DNA from: an uncultured Chloroflexia bacterium
Lineage (GTDB): Bacteria; Chloroflexota; Anaerolineae; JAAYZQ01
Length of the DNA stretch: 64,000 nucleotides
Direction: 5' to 3'
Assembly: GCA_963700285.1 (NCBI GenBank)
Contig: CAVOXA010000022.1
Span: 279,844-343,843, forward strand
Below, piece after piece: positions 1 through 10,779 of the stretch. The translations under genes were made by a program, and so were the position numbers. How positions within the stretch are numbered: position 1 is the first letter of the stretch; every line of letters starts with the position of its first letter. The notes under the pieces were generated by a model. It did not search any database, was not told the origin of the DNA, and worked only from the letters and a program-made list of their open reading frames with translations.

Positions 1-714
1 ACCAGGTGAGCAACCGTTCGTAGTCGGCGATTCATCGCCGTAAGAAAGCGCGATGAATCGCGCACTACGAACGGGGCGATACCAGGTGAGCAACTGTTCG
101 TAGTCGGCGATTCATCGCCGCAAGAAAGCGCGATGAATCGCGCACTACGAACGGTACTGTGCCGGGCGCGAAACTGTTCGTAGTCGGCGATTCATCGCCG
201 TAAGAAAGCGCGATGAATCGCGCACTACGAACGGGGCGATACCAGGTGAGCAACCGTTCGTAGTCGGCGATTCATCGCCGTAAGAAAGCGCGATGAATCG
301 CGCACTACGAACGGGGCGATATCAGGTGAGCAACTGTTCGTAGTCGGCGATTCATCGCCGTAGGAAAGCGCGATGAATCGCGCACTACGAACGGGGCGAT
401 ACCTGGCGAGCAACCGTTCGTAGTCGGCGATTCATCGCCGCAAGAAAGCGCGATGAATCGCGCACTACGAACGGGGTGATACCAGGTGAGCAACCGTTCG
501 TAGTCGGCGATTCATCGACGTAGGAAAGCGCGATGAATCGCGCACTACGAACGGGGCGATACCAGGTGAGCAACCGTTCGTAGTCGGCGATTCATCGCCG
601 TAGGAAAGCGCGATGAATCGCGCACTACGAACGGTACTGTGGCGGGCGCGAAACTGTTCGTAGTCGGCGATTCATCGCCGCAAGAAAGCGCGATGAATCG
701 CGCACTACGAACGG
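1..714. repeat. Tandem array of nine 80-bp units, each an inverted pair of GTAG-type REP hairpins (REPIN/BIME-like); truncated by window start
   Basis: Exact 80-bp period; unit CCGTTC-GTAG-TCGGCGATTCATCGCCG-n-GCGCGATGAATCGCGCA-CTAC-GAACGG; linkers near-identical, so not CRISPR. Confidence 0.9.
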
Positions 715-762
715 GGGCGTCGCGTGCCCGAAGGCGAGCAACCGGCGAAGGAGAAACGTGCC

Positions 763-2148
763 GTGCCCAAGATCACACTGATTGGAGCGGGGAGCGCGGT
801 ATTCGCCCGGAATCTGATGGGCGACATCCTCAGCTTCCCGGATCTGTCAGACAGCACGCTTACCCTCCACGACATCGACGAGGAACGACTGCGAACCTCA
901 GAGATCGTGGCCCACAAGCTGGCCGCCAAGCTGGGGGCCCGGCCCCGGATCGAGGCCACCACCGACAGGCGGGCGGCCCTGGACGGCGCCGACTATGCCA
1001 TCACCATGTTCCAGGTGGGCGGCTACGAGCCCAGCACGGTGATTGACTTTGAGATCCCCAAAAAGTACGGCCTGCGCCAGACCATCGGTGACACGCTGGG
1101 CGTGGGCGGCATCATGCGCGGCCTGCGCACCATCCCGGTACTGCTGGATATGTGCCAGGACATGGAAGAACTGTGCCCCGACGTGCTGCTCCTGAACTAT
1201 GTGAATCCCATGGCCATGCTCTGTTGGGCGCTCAACGAGGCGACGGCCATCAACACCGTGGGGCTGTGCCACAGCGTTTTTCTCACGGCCAAAGAACTCT
1301 CGCGCGACATCGGCCTGCCCCTGGCAGAGATCAACTATCTCTGTGCCGGCATCAACCACATGGCCTTCTTCCTGACCTTTGAACGCGACGGCCAGGACCT
1401 CTACCCTCTGATCCGCCAGGTGATCGAGGAGGGCCGGGTGCCCGATTCCAACCGGGTGCGCTACGAGGTCTGCAAGAGGCTCGGCTATTTTGTCACCGAG
1501 TCCAGTGAGCATTTCAGCGAGTACGTGCCCTGGTTCATCAAGCGCGACCGTCCCGACCTCATCGAGCGCTTCAATATCCCCCTGGACGAGTACCCCAACC
1601 GCTGCCTTCTGCAGATCAGGGCCTGGGAGCTGATCAAGGACAGCCTGGAAAAGGACGTCACTCCCTCGGAGGAGGATCTGCGTCGCGTGTTGGAGGGCGT
1701 GACGGTCATGCCCTTCATCGCCGCTGCAGCGGAGCGCAGACTGGCGGCCGTGGAAGGCTACGAGTTCAGCAACGAGTACGGCTCCGAGATCATCCACAGC
1801 ATCGAGGCGGGCACGCCTCGCGTCATCTATGGCAACGTGCCCAACCAGGGCCTCATCGACAACCTACCCCAGGACTGCATCGTCGAGGTGCCCTGCCTGG
1901 TGGACAAGAACGGCGTCCAGCCGGTGCGCATCGGCAGCCTGCCGCCGCACCTGGCGGCGCTGATGCAGACCAACGTCAACGTGCAGGCTCTGACGGTGGA
2001 AGCCGCCCTGACCCGCAAGCGGGAGCACATCTACCACGCGGCCATGCTCGATCCCCATACCGCGGCCGAGTTGGACCTGGACCAGATCTGGAACCTGGTC
2101 GATGACCTCATCGAGGCGCACGGCGACTGGCTGCCGGCCTATCACTGA
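763..2148 (+). CDS. melA: GH4 NAD+-dependent alpha-galactosidase/alpha-glucosidase (MelA-like)
   Basis: [44 protein letters not shown] motifs; GTG at 763 after AAGGAG. Confidence 0.85.
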   Translation: MPKITLIGAGSAVFARNLMGDILSFPDLSDSTLTLHDIDEERLRTSEIVAHKLAAKLGARPRIEATTDRRAALDGADYAITMFQVGGYEPSTVIDFEIPKKYGLRQTIGDTLGVGGIMRGLRTIPVLLDMCQDMEELCPDVLLLNYVNPMAMLCWALNEATAINTVGLCHSVFLTAKELSRDIGLPLAEINYLCAGINHMAFFLTFERDGQDLYPLIRQVIEEGRVPDSNRVRYEVCKRLGYFVTESSEHFSEYVPWFIKRDRPDLIERFNIPLDEYPNRCLLQIRAWELIKDSLEKDVTPSEEDLRRVLEGVTVMPFIAAAAERRLAAVEGYEFSNEYGSEIIHSIEAGTPRVIYGNVPNQGLIDNLPQDCIVEVPCLVDKNGVQPVRIGSLPPHLAALMQTNVNVQALTVEAALTRKREHIYHAAMLDPHTAAELDLDQIWNLVDDLIEAHGDWLPAYH

Positions 2149-2298
2149 TGGCAATCGGGCGAGATAGTGCGTCCGTAGAACTGGGCCGCATCGAGAAGTG
2201 GGGAGACTCCTTGCTGATATCCTGCACGAGTCGGTTTCGCTGCAGCGTTTTCTACTGGACAGGGGTGGCGGGAAGCGCAAGTCTCGCGGCCAGAGGGC

Positions 2299-3411
2299 AT
2301 GAGTTCGATGGAGACGAGTCGCACGAAAGTCGGCACAGCTATCATCGGCACGGGCAAGGTGGCCCACGCCCACGCCGCGGCCCTGGCCGCGAACCCCCTT
2401 TCCAGATTCGAAGCCGTCTGCAACCCGGACCCGGAGCTTGCCAGCTCCTTTGCCCGGCGCTACGGCGTGCGCGCCTTTACCGACGCCGGCGAGATGCTCC
2501 AGGACCCCGCGGTTGACGCGGTCTGCATCTGCACGCCCCATCCCAGCCACGCCGATCTGGCCGTCATGGCCGCCACGCAGGGGGTGCACATCCTGGTCGA
2601 AAAACCCATGGCCCTCACCCTGGGCGATTGCGACCGCATGATCGAGGCCGCTGCTCAGGCCGGCGTCAAGCTGGGCGTCATCAGCCAGCGCCGCCTCTAC
2701 GAGCCGGTCCAGCGCTTGAAACGGGCCATCGACGAGGGCAGGATCGGCCGGCCCATCCTGGGGACGGCCACCGTCCTGAGCTGGCGCGGCCCCGAGTATT
2801 ACGCCCTGGATGATTGGCGCGGCACCTGGGCCGGGGAGGGCGGCGGCGTCCTGGTCACCCAGGTCGTCCACCATCTCGATCTCCTCCAGTGGTTCATGGG
2901 GCCCATCGCCGAGGTCTCGGCCTACTGGTCCAACCTGAACCATCCTTTTATCGAGGTCGAGGATACCGCCGTCGCCTCGCTGCGCTTCACCAGCGGCGCC
3001 CTGGGCAGCATCGTCGTCAGCAACTCGCAGAACCCGGGGCTCTATGCCCGCATCCACGTCCACGGCTACTCGGGCGCCACCGTCGGCGTGCAGACCGACG
3101 GCGGCACGCAGTTCATCACAGGCGTGAGTGAAGAGGCCGAGCCGCCCTACAACGATTTCTGGACCGTCCCGGGCGAGCAGGATCTCCTACCCGGCTGGCA
3201 GGCCGCCGACCGGGCCCGGGCAGGGGAGATCGATATCATGAGCCACTACCACGGCCTGCAGATCGCCGATTTTCTGGAGGCCATCGTGCAGGACCGTGAG
3301 CCCATGGTTCCAGGCCGGGAGGGGCGCAAGATGGTCGAGCTGGTGCAGGCCATCTATCGCTCTGGCTCCCAGCAGCGCCCGGTCCGCTTCCCGGTTCCGG
3401 GCGACGATTGA
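2299..3411 (+). CDS. Gfo/Idh/MocA family oxidoreductase
   Basis: IIGTGKVA Rossmann fold, ICTPHPSH, VEKPMA, GGGVL..HHLD. Confidence 0.9.
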   Translation: MSSMETSRTKVGTAIIGTGKVAHAHAAALAANPLSRFEAVCNPDPELASSFARRYGVRAFTDAGEMLQDPAVDAVCICTPHPSHADLAVMAATQGVHILVEKPMALTLGDCDRMIEAAAQAGVKLGVISQRRLYEPVQRLKRAIDEGRIGRPILGTATVLSWRGPEYYALDDWRGTWAGEGGGVLVTQVVHHLDLLQWFMGPIAEVSAYWSNLNHPFIEVEDTAVASLRFTSGALGSIVVSNSQNPGLYARIHVHGYSGATVGVQTDGGTQFITGVSEEAEPPYNDFWTVPGEQDLLPGWQAADRARAGEIDIMSHYHGLQIADFLEAIVQDREPMVPGREGRKMVELVQAIYRSGSQQRPVRFPVPGDD

Positions 3412-3436
3412 ACGCATCTTGGAAGGAACGGATACT

Positions 3437-4468
3437 GTGAAAGCTCTCGTGTTGGAACAGCCCAACCAATTGACCTACAAGGATGTACCCCTGCCCTCTC
3501 CCGGCCCGGCCGAGGTTCTGGTCCAGGTGCGGGCCTGCGGCATCTGCGGCAGCGACGTCCATGGCCTGGACGGCAGCACCGGCCGGCGCATCCCGCCCCT
3601 GATCATGGGCCACGAGGCGGCCGGAGTTGTCGAGGCCGTGGGGCCCGAAGTAAAGGGCTGGCAGCCCGGCGACAGGGTGACCTTTGATTCGACCATCTAC
3701 TGCGGGGAGTGCTACTACTGCCTGCGGGGTATGATCAATCTGTGCGACAATCGCCGGGTGATGGGCGTTGCCTGCGCCGACTATGTGCAGGACGGAGCTT
3801 TTGCCGAGTACGTTGCCGTCCCTCAGCATCTGCTCTACCGGCTGCCCGACGCCCTCTCCTTTGAGCGAGCGGCGGTGGTCGAGGCCCTGTCCATCGCATA
3901 CCATGCCCTGCAGCGCTCCCGCGTCTCGTTGGGGGATACAACCTGCGTGATCGGAAACGGCATGATCGGCGTTCTCATCACCCAGTTGCTGTCCCTGGCA
4001 GGCTGCCGTCACGTAATCGCGGTGGACGTGGATGAGAGCCGCCTGGCCATCGCCCGGCGTTTTGGGGCCGACCGGGTGCTGGTGCCCGGTCGCGACGACG
4101 TCGTGGCCGAGGCGCTGGCAGCCACCGCTGGTCGAGGCGTCGACGTCGCCTTTGAGGTGGTGGGCATCAGCGACACGTTGGACCTGGCCGTACGGTGCGT
4201 CCGCAAGGGCGGTCAGGTAGTCCTGGTGGGCAACGTGGCAGCCGAGGCACGCTTGCCCCTGCAGTACACGGTGACGCGAGAGCTGGACCTGCGAGCCTCT
4301 TGCGCGTCACGGCTAGAGTATCCGGCCTGCCTTGACCTGCTGGCGCGAGGGGCCGTGGACGTCGATCCCATCATCAGCGCTGTGGCTCCCCTGAGCGAGG
4401 GTGCGGCCTGGTTCGCCAGGCTGCAAAAGGGCGAGCCGGGCCTCATGAAGGTCATTCTGGTCCCCTGA
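3437..4468 (+). CDS. Zn-dependent polyol/sugar-alcohol dehydrogenase (MDR family)
   Basis: CGICGSDVH, GHEAAG, CGECYYC...C structural Zn site, GNGMIG; GTG start after GGAAGG. Confidence 0.9.
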   Translation: MKALVLEQPNQLTYKDVPLPSPGPAEVLVQVRACGICGSDVHGLDGSTGRRIPPLIMGHEAAGVVEAVGPEVKGWQPGDRVTFDSTIYCGECYYCLRGMINLCDNRRVMGVACADYVQDGAFAEYVAVPQHLLYRLPDALSFERAAVVEALSIAYHALQRSRVSLGDTTCVIGNGMIGVLITQLLSLAGCRHVIAVDVDESRLAIARRFGADRVLVPGRDDVVAEALAATAGRGVDVAFEVVGISDTLDLAVRCVRKGGQVVLVGNVAAEARLPLQYTVTRELDLRASCASRLEYPACLDLLARGAVDVDPIISAVAPLSEGAAWFARLQKGEPGLMKVILVP

Positions 4469-4481
4469 GGGAGAACCGTCG

Positions 4482-5600
4482 ATGAAGACGAAGCAAGAGA
4501 GAATTGGTACGGCCATCATTGGTACAGGCCTGGTGGCGCACACCCACGCCGCGGCATTGGTGGCGGATCCTCGCTCGAGACTCGTTGCCGTCTGCAGCCG
4601 CGACTTGGAGAAGGTCCGCGCTTTTGCCCGGCGCTATGGCGTGCGCGCTTATTCGGATGCGAGCGAGTTGCTCCGGGATCCGGCGGTTGGCGCGGTGTGC
4701 ATCTGCACGCCCCATCCCAGCCATGCGGACCTGACCGTCATGGCCGCCCGGCAGGGAGTACACGTGCTCGTTGAAAAGCCGATGGCCATCACGGTGGCCG
4801 ATTGCGACCGCATGATCGAAGCCGCGGATCAGGCTGGCGTCAAGCTAGGCGTCATCAGCCAGCGCCGCCTCTACGAGCCGGTCCGGCGCGTAAAACGGGC
4901 CATCGACGAGGGCAGGATCGGCCAGCCCATCCTGGGGACAGTCACCGTCCTCGGCTGGAGGGGCCCCGAGTACTATGCCATGGATGCTTGGCGGGGTACC
5001 TGGGATGAGGAGGGCGGCGGGATCCTGGTCAACCAGGTGGTCCACCAACTGGATCTCTTCCAATGGTTCATGGGACCCATCGCCGAGCTCTCGGCCTACT
5101 GGTCCAATCTGAACCATCCCTTTATCGAGGTCGAGGATACCGCCGTCGCCTCGCTGCGTTTCGCCAACGGCGCCCTGGGCAGCATCGTCGTCAGCAACTC
5201 GCAAAACCCAGGGCTTTACGCCAAGATCCACGTCCATGGCTACTCTGGCGCCACCGTTGGCGTGCAGACCGACGGCGGCTCGACCTTTGTGGCGGGCGTG
5301 ACCGAAGAAGTGGATCCGCCCCACAATGACGTCTGGACGGTGGCCGGTGAAGAGGAACATCTGGCCAAGTGGCAGGCCGCTGACCGGGCCCGGGCTGGTG
5401 AAGTGGACATCATGAGCCACTACCATGTCCTGCAGATCGCCGATTTCCTGGAGGCCATCGCTCAGGACAGGGAGCCCATGGTCACCGGACGGGAGGGGCG
5501 CAAGTTGGTCGAGCTGGTCCAGGCCATCTATCGCTCCGGCGCCCAGCAGAGCCCGGTCCGCTTTCCGGTACCGGCCGAAGGCCCCGAATGCCCTTCGTAG
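4482..5600 (+). CDS. Gfo/Idh/MocA family oxidoreductase, close paralog of 2299..3411
   Basis: Same motifs; long identical stretches such as SAYWSNLNHPFIEVEDTAVASLRF. Confidence 0.9.
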   Translation: MKTKQERIGTAIIGTGLVAHTHAAALVADPRSRLVAVCSRDLEKVRAFARRYGVRAYSDASELLRDPAVGAVCICTPHPSHADLTVMAARQGVHVLVEKPMAITVADCDRMIEAADQAGVKLGVISQRRLYEPVRRVKRAIDEGRIGQPILGTVTVLGWRGPEYYAMDAWRGTWDEEGGGILVNQVVHQLDLFQWFMGPIAELSAYWSNLNHPFIEVEDTAVASLRFANGALGSIVVSNSQNPGLYAKIHVHGYSGATVGVQTDGGSTFVAGVTEEVDPPHNDVWTVAGEEEHLAKWQAADRARAGEVDIMSHYHVLQIADFLEAIAQDREPMVTGREGRKLVELVQAIYRSGAQQSPVRFPVPAEGPECPS

Positions 5601-5658
5601 GTTTCTGGCCGGGTTGCCGGGCCCGGCACCCATGCCTGTCATTCCCGTCACCCACCTT

Positions 5659-5683
5659 GTCATTCCCGCGCAGGCGGGAATCC
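5659..5683. repeat. Short palindromic element GTCATTCCCGCG-CAG-GCGGGAATCC (dRS3-like ATTCCC-N8-GGGAAT)
   Basis: Direct match to the ATTCCC-N8-GGGAAT pattern; intergenic. Confidence 0.6.
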
Positions 5684-5821
5684 ACTGCCCGCGAGCCACA
5701 ACGCCCAAGGTCATCTGTCGCAAGCGCAAGGCCAGACTTCGGGGGTTCAAGAAAACCCCGAGGTTGATGAGCCGGGGGGCCTGGCCCCGTAGGGCCAGAC
5801 TGATGCTTCCTTGCCCCCCTT

Positions 5822-5850
5822 TTGCCCCAGGCCAGGATCCGTGATAGAAT
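5822..5850 (+). promoter_or_regulatory. Putative sigma70 promoter
   Basis: TTGCCC-17-TAGAAT with TG extension, upstream of 5914. Confidence 0.5.
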
Positions 5851-5913
5851 GCCCCGAAGCGGAGGCAATCACTGGGACCGTGCCGTGCGACGGTGCGCCA
5901 TGAGGGAGACAGG

Positions 5914-6474
5914 ATGTCCGAACTGGGCAAGACAAACGAGATCGCGGATGAATTGGTCATGGAATCGGTCAAGGAGGAGAGGCCCGGGCAGAAAACCCTC
6001 GATTGGCACAATTGGGTTGGCCTGACTACCCTGCTGCTGGCGCTGCTGGCCGCCATCGGCGCCCTGCTGGCCGGCCTCACCGCCAACGAGGCGGTCCTGG
6101 ACAGGACCATGGAGGCCATCGAAGCCTCGAAGCTGGCGGGGGCTCAGGTTAGGGTTGAGGTGTTGAAGGCCAAGCAGGAGATCCTGCTCAACGCGGGCCA
6201 TGCGCCCGACGCGGGCGAGGAAGCAGAACTCCGGGCCTACCAACATCAGGTGTCGCAGCTCTTGGCAGACGCGGCTGGCGACGAGGCAACTGTGGCCGCC
6301 ACCCGCTACGCCCACCTGGTCCTGGCGGTTGCGGTAACGATCCTTTCCGTCGGCATTGCGCTGTGCGGCATGGCCGTCGTCATAGAGCGAAAGTGGTTGT
6401 GGGCCGCCGGCCTCGTTGTCGGCGTCGCCGGCACCATCGGCCTGGGCATCGGCATTGCCACGATGCTGAGCTAG
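5914..6474 (+). CDS. Membrane protein, DUF4337-like
   Basis: One N-terminal TM (VGLTTLLLALLAAIG), soluble loop, two C-terminal TMs. Confidence 0.6.
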   Translation: MSELGKTNEIADELVMESVKEERPGQKTLDWHNWVGLTTLLLALLAAIGALLAGLTANEAVLDRTMEAIEASKLAGAQVRVEVLKAKQEILLNAGHAPDAGEEAELRAYQHQVSQLLADAAGDEATVAATRYAHLVLAVAVTILSVGIALCGMAVVIERKWLWAAGLVVGVAGTIGLGIGIATMLS

Positions 6475-6589
6475 CCTGACTCAATATGACAACGGATCCG
6501 GTCTCGGCCGATTCGCTGAATCCCTTGAACCGCTGTCATGTTGGCCGGCGACCCCGGAAGCCCCAAGCGCCTTCAGGCCGCGTACCCAT

Positions 6590-6618
6590 TTGCCGCATGT
6601 CCAGGACTGTGGTATACT
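6590..6618 (+). promoter_or_regulatory. Putative sigma70 promoter
   Basis: TTGCCG-17-TATACT with TG extension. Confidence 0.55.
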
Positions 6619-6671
6619 CACGCCTAATGAAACCGCCACGACTCCGCCACCAACCCTGAAAGGCGATACCC

Positions 6672-8384
6672 ATGATAGATCTCTTGCTCAGGAACGCTCG
6701 CATCGTGGATGGGACCGGAAATCCCTGGTACAGGGGCGATCTAGCCGTCGAGGGCGGCAGGATCGCGGCCATCGGCCGCCTGGGCCCGGCCAAAGCCCGG
6801 CGCGTCCTCGACGTGGAGGGCAACTTTGTCGCCCCGGGCTTTATTGACATTCACGGCCACTCCGATTACCTGGTGCTGGCCAATCCCCAGGCCGAGAACA
6901 AGATCATGCAGGGCGTCACGACCGACATAGCCGGCAACTGCGGTTTCTCCGCGGCCCCCATTGGCGACGTCTGGCTGCAAGAGTGGTGGGTTGAAGACCC
7001 CAACGAGCGTTTTACCGTGGTCTCTCGCGAAGCGGGGCGACAGGTTCTGGGCCGCCACGGCATCGAGCTGGACTGGTCCACTCTGGGCGAGTACTATGAC
7101 CGCATCGGCCAGCGGGGTACGGCCGTCAACTATGGCAGTTTCGTGGGCCAGGCCGCCCTTCGCCTGGCCGTGACCGGCGACTATGCCCGCATTCCCAGCC
7201 CGGAAGAGCTGGAACAGATGCAGGGCTTGCTGGCGCAGGCCATGGAGCAGGGCGCCCTGGGTTTCTCCACCGAGAGCGGAACCCACAAGGGGATGGATTT
7301 TGCCATCGAGGAACTGATTGAGTTGTGCCGTGTCGCGGCTGGCTACGGCGGCCGCTATGCCTGTCACATCCGCGACTATGGGGACAAACTGATCGCCGCG
7401 GTCAAAGAGGCCCTTTTCGTGGCCGAAGAGGCGGGCATTGAGCTTATCCTCAGCCACATGATGGTCTATGGCCTGGAGAATACCGGCAAGGCGGCCCACG
7501 CCCTGCAACTGGTCGAACAGGCGCGGGCGCGGGGGCTGCCCGCTGTGGCCGACATGTTCCCCTATTGGTTCAACGAGGCGCTGCATTTCTCGCCCTTGCT
7601 CACCTCGCTCCTGCCCGCCTGGTTTGTCCAGGGCGGCGACGGCGCCATACTGGAGCGATTGCGCGATCCGGAACAACGGGCCAGGCTGAAAGGGGAACTT
7701 GAGGCGGGCGAATCCTCCACCTGGTACGTCGTGCCGGGGCGGACCAAGGACGAGGCCTACGGCCAGAGCCCCCTGGCCCGCGCCCACTGGGAGGACGAAC
7801 TTGTCCTGCTTTCCTGCCGGAACGGAGAGCAATATCAAGACCAGACCATGGGCGCCATTGCCCGGTCCATGGGGGCCGATCCCTTTGAGGCGATCTTGAA
7901 TTTGCTGGCGCTGGACCCGCAGGCGCGCAAGGTCTTTGTATCGCCCAACGAGGACGATCTGCGAACCTTCATGCGCTATCCGGGCATGGCTTTTGGCACC
8001 GATGGCGGCCTGATCAAGGCCATCCTCCGGCCCGGCGTGCCCAACCCGGTGCTCTATGCTTCCTTCCCCCACGTGCTGGGCAAGTATGTGCGCGAGGAAG
8101 GGCTGCTGACCCTGGAAGACGCGGTGCGCAAGATGACTTCCCTGCCGGCTCGAGCCCTGGGTCTGACAGACCGGGGCCTCTTGCTGCCAGGGATGCAGGC
8201 GGACCTCGTTGTCTTCGATCCGGACGAGGTCGACGGAGTTCCCATCTACGATCCCGCCGCCGACCGGCACACGGCCTACCTGAACAAGGGCATTGAGCTT
8301 GTCCTGGTAAACGGCGAGATTGTGCTGGACGGCGATGCGCCCACCGGTGCGTTGCCCGGCCAGATCCTGCGCGGGGCGGGCTAG
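6672..8384 (+). CDS. N-acyl-D-amino-acid deacylase (D-aminoacylase, amidohydrolase family)
   Basis: VAPGFIDIHGHSD, QGVTT..GNCG, CHIRD, GTDG, AVRKMTSLPA, RGLL..G..ADLVVFD. Confidence 0.88.
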   Translation: MIDLLLRNARIVDGTGNPWYRGDLAVEGGRIAAIGRLGPAKARRVLDVEGNFVAPGFIDIHGHSDYLVLANPQAENKIMQGVTTDIAGNCGFSAAPIGDVWLQEWWVEDPNERFTVVSREAGRQVLGRHGIELDWSTLGEYYDRIGQRGTAVNYGSFVGQAALRLAVTGDYARIPSPEELEQMQGLLAQAMEQGALGFSTESGTHKGMDFAIEELIELCRVAAGYGGRYACHIRDYGDKLIAAVKEALFVAEEAGIELILSHMMVYGLENTGKAAHALQLVEQARARGLPAVADMFPYWFNEALHFSPLLTSLLPAWFVQGGDGAILERLRDPEQRARLKGELEAGESSTWYVVPGRTKDEAYGQSPLARAHWEDELVLLSCRNGEQYQDQTMGAIARSMGADPFEAILNLLALDPQARKVFVSPNEDDLRTFMRYPGMAFGTDGGLIKAILRPGVPNPVLYASFPHVLGKYVREEGLLTLEDAVRKMTSLPARALGLTDRGLLLPGMQADLVVFDPDEVDGVPIYDPAADRHTAYLNKGIELVLVNGEIVLDGDAPTGALPGQILRGAG

Positions 8385-8505
8385 GCGTTTCTTGCCCAGT
8401 GCTTTAGGAAAGGAGGCGCGACTGAGAAGAATCGATCTTGCTGGCGAAAGTACAGAAATTCAAGCCCTGGAAGTGGATGGTTCCCCAAAAAAGGAGGGAA
8501 GAAAA

Positions 8506-10302
8506 ATGATGGCGAACAAAAAGCTGGTGAGTTCCTTCGTTCTGCTGGCGGTAGTGGCCCTACTGCTGGCCTCCTGCGGTGCTGCCGCCACGCCGGAAGT
8601 GGTCGAGCAAGTCGTGACCCAGGTCGTAAAAGAGACGGTAATCGTCGAGGGCACGCCGCAGGTCGTCGAGAAAGTCGTGACCCAGGTCGTCGAGAAAGAG
8701 GTGACCCAGGTCGTGGTCGAGACCGTAGAGGTCGAAAAAGAAGTTGAAAAGGTCGTCGAGGTCACCGCCGTTCCCGAGAAGGGCCAGATCCTGCGGGTTG
8801 GCATGTGGAGTGGCCCCCAGAGCTTTAACCCTTACATCACCACCGACGACTATAGCGCCACGCTTTTCGAGAATGTCTATGGCCAGTTGATCCGCCTGGA
8901 CAAGGAAGGCGCCCCCGTTCCCTACCTGGCCGAGAGTTTTGAGGTGTCAGAGGACGGGTCGGAATATACCTTCCACCTGCGCGAGAACGCCGTCTGGCAC
9001 GATGGCACGCCGGTCACCGCCCAGGACGTGGAAATGACGTACCGGCTGCACGGCCACCCCGACGTGGCCTCCATCATCGCCGGTAACTTTAAGGCCATCA
9101 AGGGCATGGAAGCCTACACGGCCGGCGAAGCCGACAGTGTAGAGGGCCTGCAGATCATCGATGACAAGACCATCAAGTTCGTGCTGGAGGAGCCCAACGC
9201 GCCCTTTGTCAACAACTTGAACTACTTTGTCCTGCCCGCCCACATCCTGGGCGATGTCCCGCCGGCGGAGCTGGAGACCCACCCCTATTTCGACGCGCCG
9301 ACGGTCGGAGCGGGCATGTACAAGTTCGTGGGCTATGAGCCGGATCAGTACATGGAGTTCGAGGCATTTGAGGATTTCTACCTCGGAGCGCCCAAGATCA
9401 AGCGCCTGATCTACCGCATCGGCACCCAGGACGTGCTGCTGGCCCAGTTGCAGAAGGACGAGCTGGACTTTGTCTTGGTACCCCCCGCGGAGGTCGAGCG
9501 CGTCAAGGCCCTGTATGACATCTCGTTCACGTCGCTCCCCGGGTCTGGCGCGCAGGTGATGCACTTTAACCTGGGCAAGGATTACTTCCAGGATGTGCGG
9601 GTCCGCCAGGCCTTCGCCTACGCCCTCCCGCGCCAGGATATCATCCAGCCGCTCTACTTTGGTGAAGCGACGGTGGTCAACTCGCCCAACTCTATCGCCT
9701 GGGCCGTTCCCGATGACTTGAACCCCTACGAATACAACCCAGAGAAGGCCAAGGAACTGCTGGCCGAAGCTGGCTGGGACCCGGCCCAGAAGCTGGTACT
9801 GCGCTACCCCACCGGCAACAAGCCGCGCGAGATGTCCGCGCCGCTCATCCAATCCGCCCTGAAGGACGTGGGCGTTGAGGTTGAACTGCAGATCACCGAC
9901 TTTGCCACCCTGCTGGACGATCTCAAGGAAGGCAATTATGACCTGGGCCTGCTGGGCTGGACAGGCGCCTCGGATCCCGATCTGATCGCCACCATCCTCT
10001 ACGCCTCGGACAATGTACCGCCGGCCGGCTGGAACATCATGCTCTATCAGAATGAAAAGGTGGACGAGCTGATGCGAGCGGGCCGCCTGGCCTTTGACCA
10101 GGACGAGCGGGCAGAGATCTATCAGGAGATGTACCGCGTCCTCAATGAAGATCTGCCCGTCGTCTTTCTCTGGTCCGAGAATACCCTGTACGCCTACAAT
10201 GACCGGCTCCAGGGCTTTGACCCCAGCCGCTTTGGCAGTTGGGCCATCCTGGTTAGCGGTGCGTTCCCCAACCAGCAGGACCTTACGCTGGCTGGCGAAT
10301 AG
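8506..10302 (+). CDS. Peptide/nickel ABC transporter substrate-binding lipoprotein (SBP family 5)
   Basis: Lipobox LLASC, V/E-rich linker, PYLAESFEVSEDG..YTFHLR..WHDG.PVTA.DV; AAGGAGG RBS. Confidence 0.92.
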   Translation: MMANKKLVSSFVLLAVVALLLASCGAAATPEVVEQVVTQVVKETVIVEGTPQVVEKVVTQVVEKEVTQVVVETVEVEKEVEKVVEVTAVPEKGQILRVGMWSGPQSFNPYITTDDYSATLFENVYGQLIRLDKEGAPVPYLAESFEVSEDGSEYTFHLRENAVWHDGTPVTAQDVEMTYRLHGHPDVASIIAGNFKAIKGMEAYTAGEADSVEGLQIIDDKTIKFVLEEPNAPFVNNLNYFVLPAHILGDVPPAELETHPYFDAPTVGAGMYKFVGYEPDQYMEFEAFEDFYLGAPKIKRLIYRIGTQDVLLAQLQKDELDFVLVPPAEVERVKALYDISFTSLPGSGAQVMHFNLGKDYFQDVRVRQAFAYALPRQDIIQPLYFGEATVVNSPNSIAWAVPDDLNPYEYNPEKAKELLAEAGWDPAQKLVLRYPTGNKPREMSAPLIQSALKDVGVEVELQITDFATLLDDLKEGNYDLGLLGWTGASDPDLIATILYASDNVPPAGWNIMLYQNEKVDELMRAGRLAFDQDERAEIYQEMYRVLNEDLPVVFLWSENTLYAYNDRLQGFDPSRFGSWAILVSGAFPNQQDLTLAGE

Positions 10303-10315
10303 TCGTCTGGATAGC

Positions 10316-10349
10316 AGATGGGACCATCCATCATCGGGTGGTCCCATCT
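10316..10349 (+). terminator. Stem-loop after SBP gene (terminator or mRNA stabiliser)
   Basis: AGATGGGACCA...TGGTCCCATCT inverted repeat. Confidence 0.5.
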
Positions 10350-10440
10350 CTGCGGGTACAAAACTCACCTTTGGGTGATCGTCATCCTGAGTCTATCTGT
10401 GGCGTGTGCCACTACTCGTTGAGCAATGACACCCAACCTC

Positions 10441-10710
10441 GTCATCGCGAGGAGCGTCAGCGACGAAGCGATCCCCAACCTACCCAGTGGGGACTGCTTT
10501 CCTGTCGATGCGCTCAGGATAGGCTGTCGCTCGCAAACAGCGCTCGCTCCTCGCAGTGACAGGATCGGTGTCATTAGTGGCCGCGCCCTTTGCGGCAGCC
10601 TGTCCCGAGTCATGTGAGGGAAAGCAATCCCCACCTGCGCCCGAGTCGGGGACTGCCGCCGCGTGACCTCGCGGCGGGCGTGGAGGTGCTTCGCTGGCGC
10701 CGCAGTGACA
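10441..10710. repeat. Two GTCATCGCGAG...CGAAGCGATCCC-type intergenic palindromic elements
   Basis: GTCATCGCGAGGAGCG...CGCTCCTCGCAGTGAC inverted ends; related half element at about 31331-31368. Confidence 0.55.
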
Positions 10711-10779
10711 AGAACGAGGTCACCAGTAGCGCAGTCCGTGATTATGAATGGACCGCCTGGAGCTGGCTTGGAGTAATCA

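Noticed and set aside
1-714. CRISPR array, or the repeated 62-aa ORFs as a peptide family
   Set aside because: Linkers are near-identical rather than unique spacers, no cas genes; ORFs are by-products of the repeat
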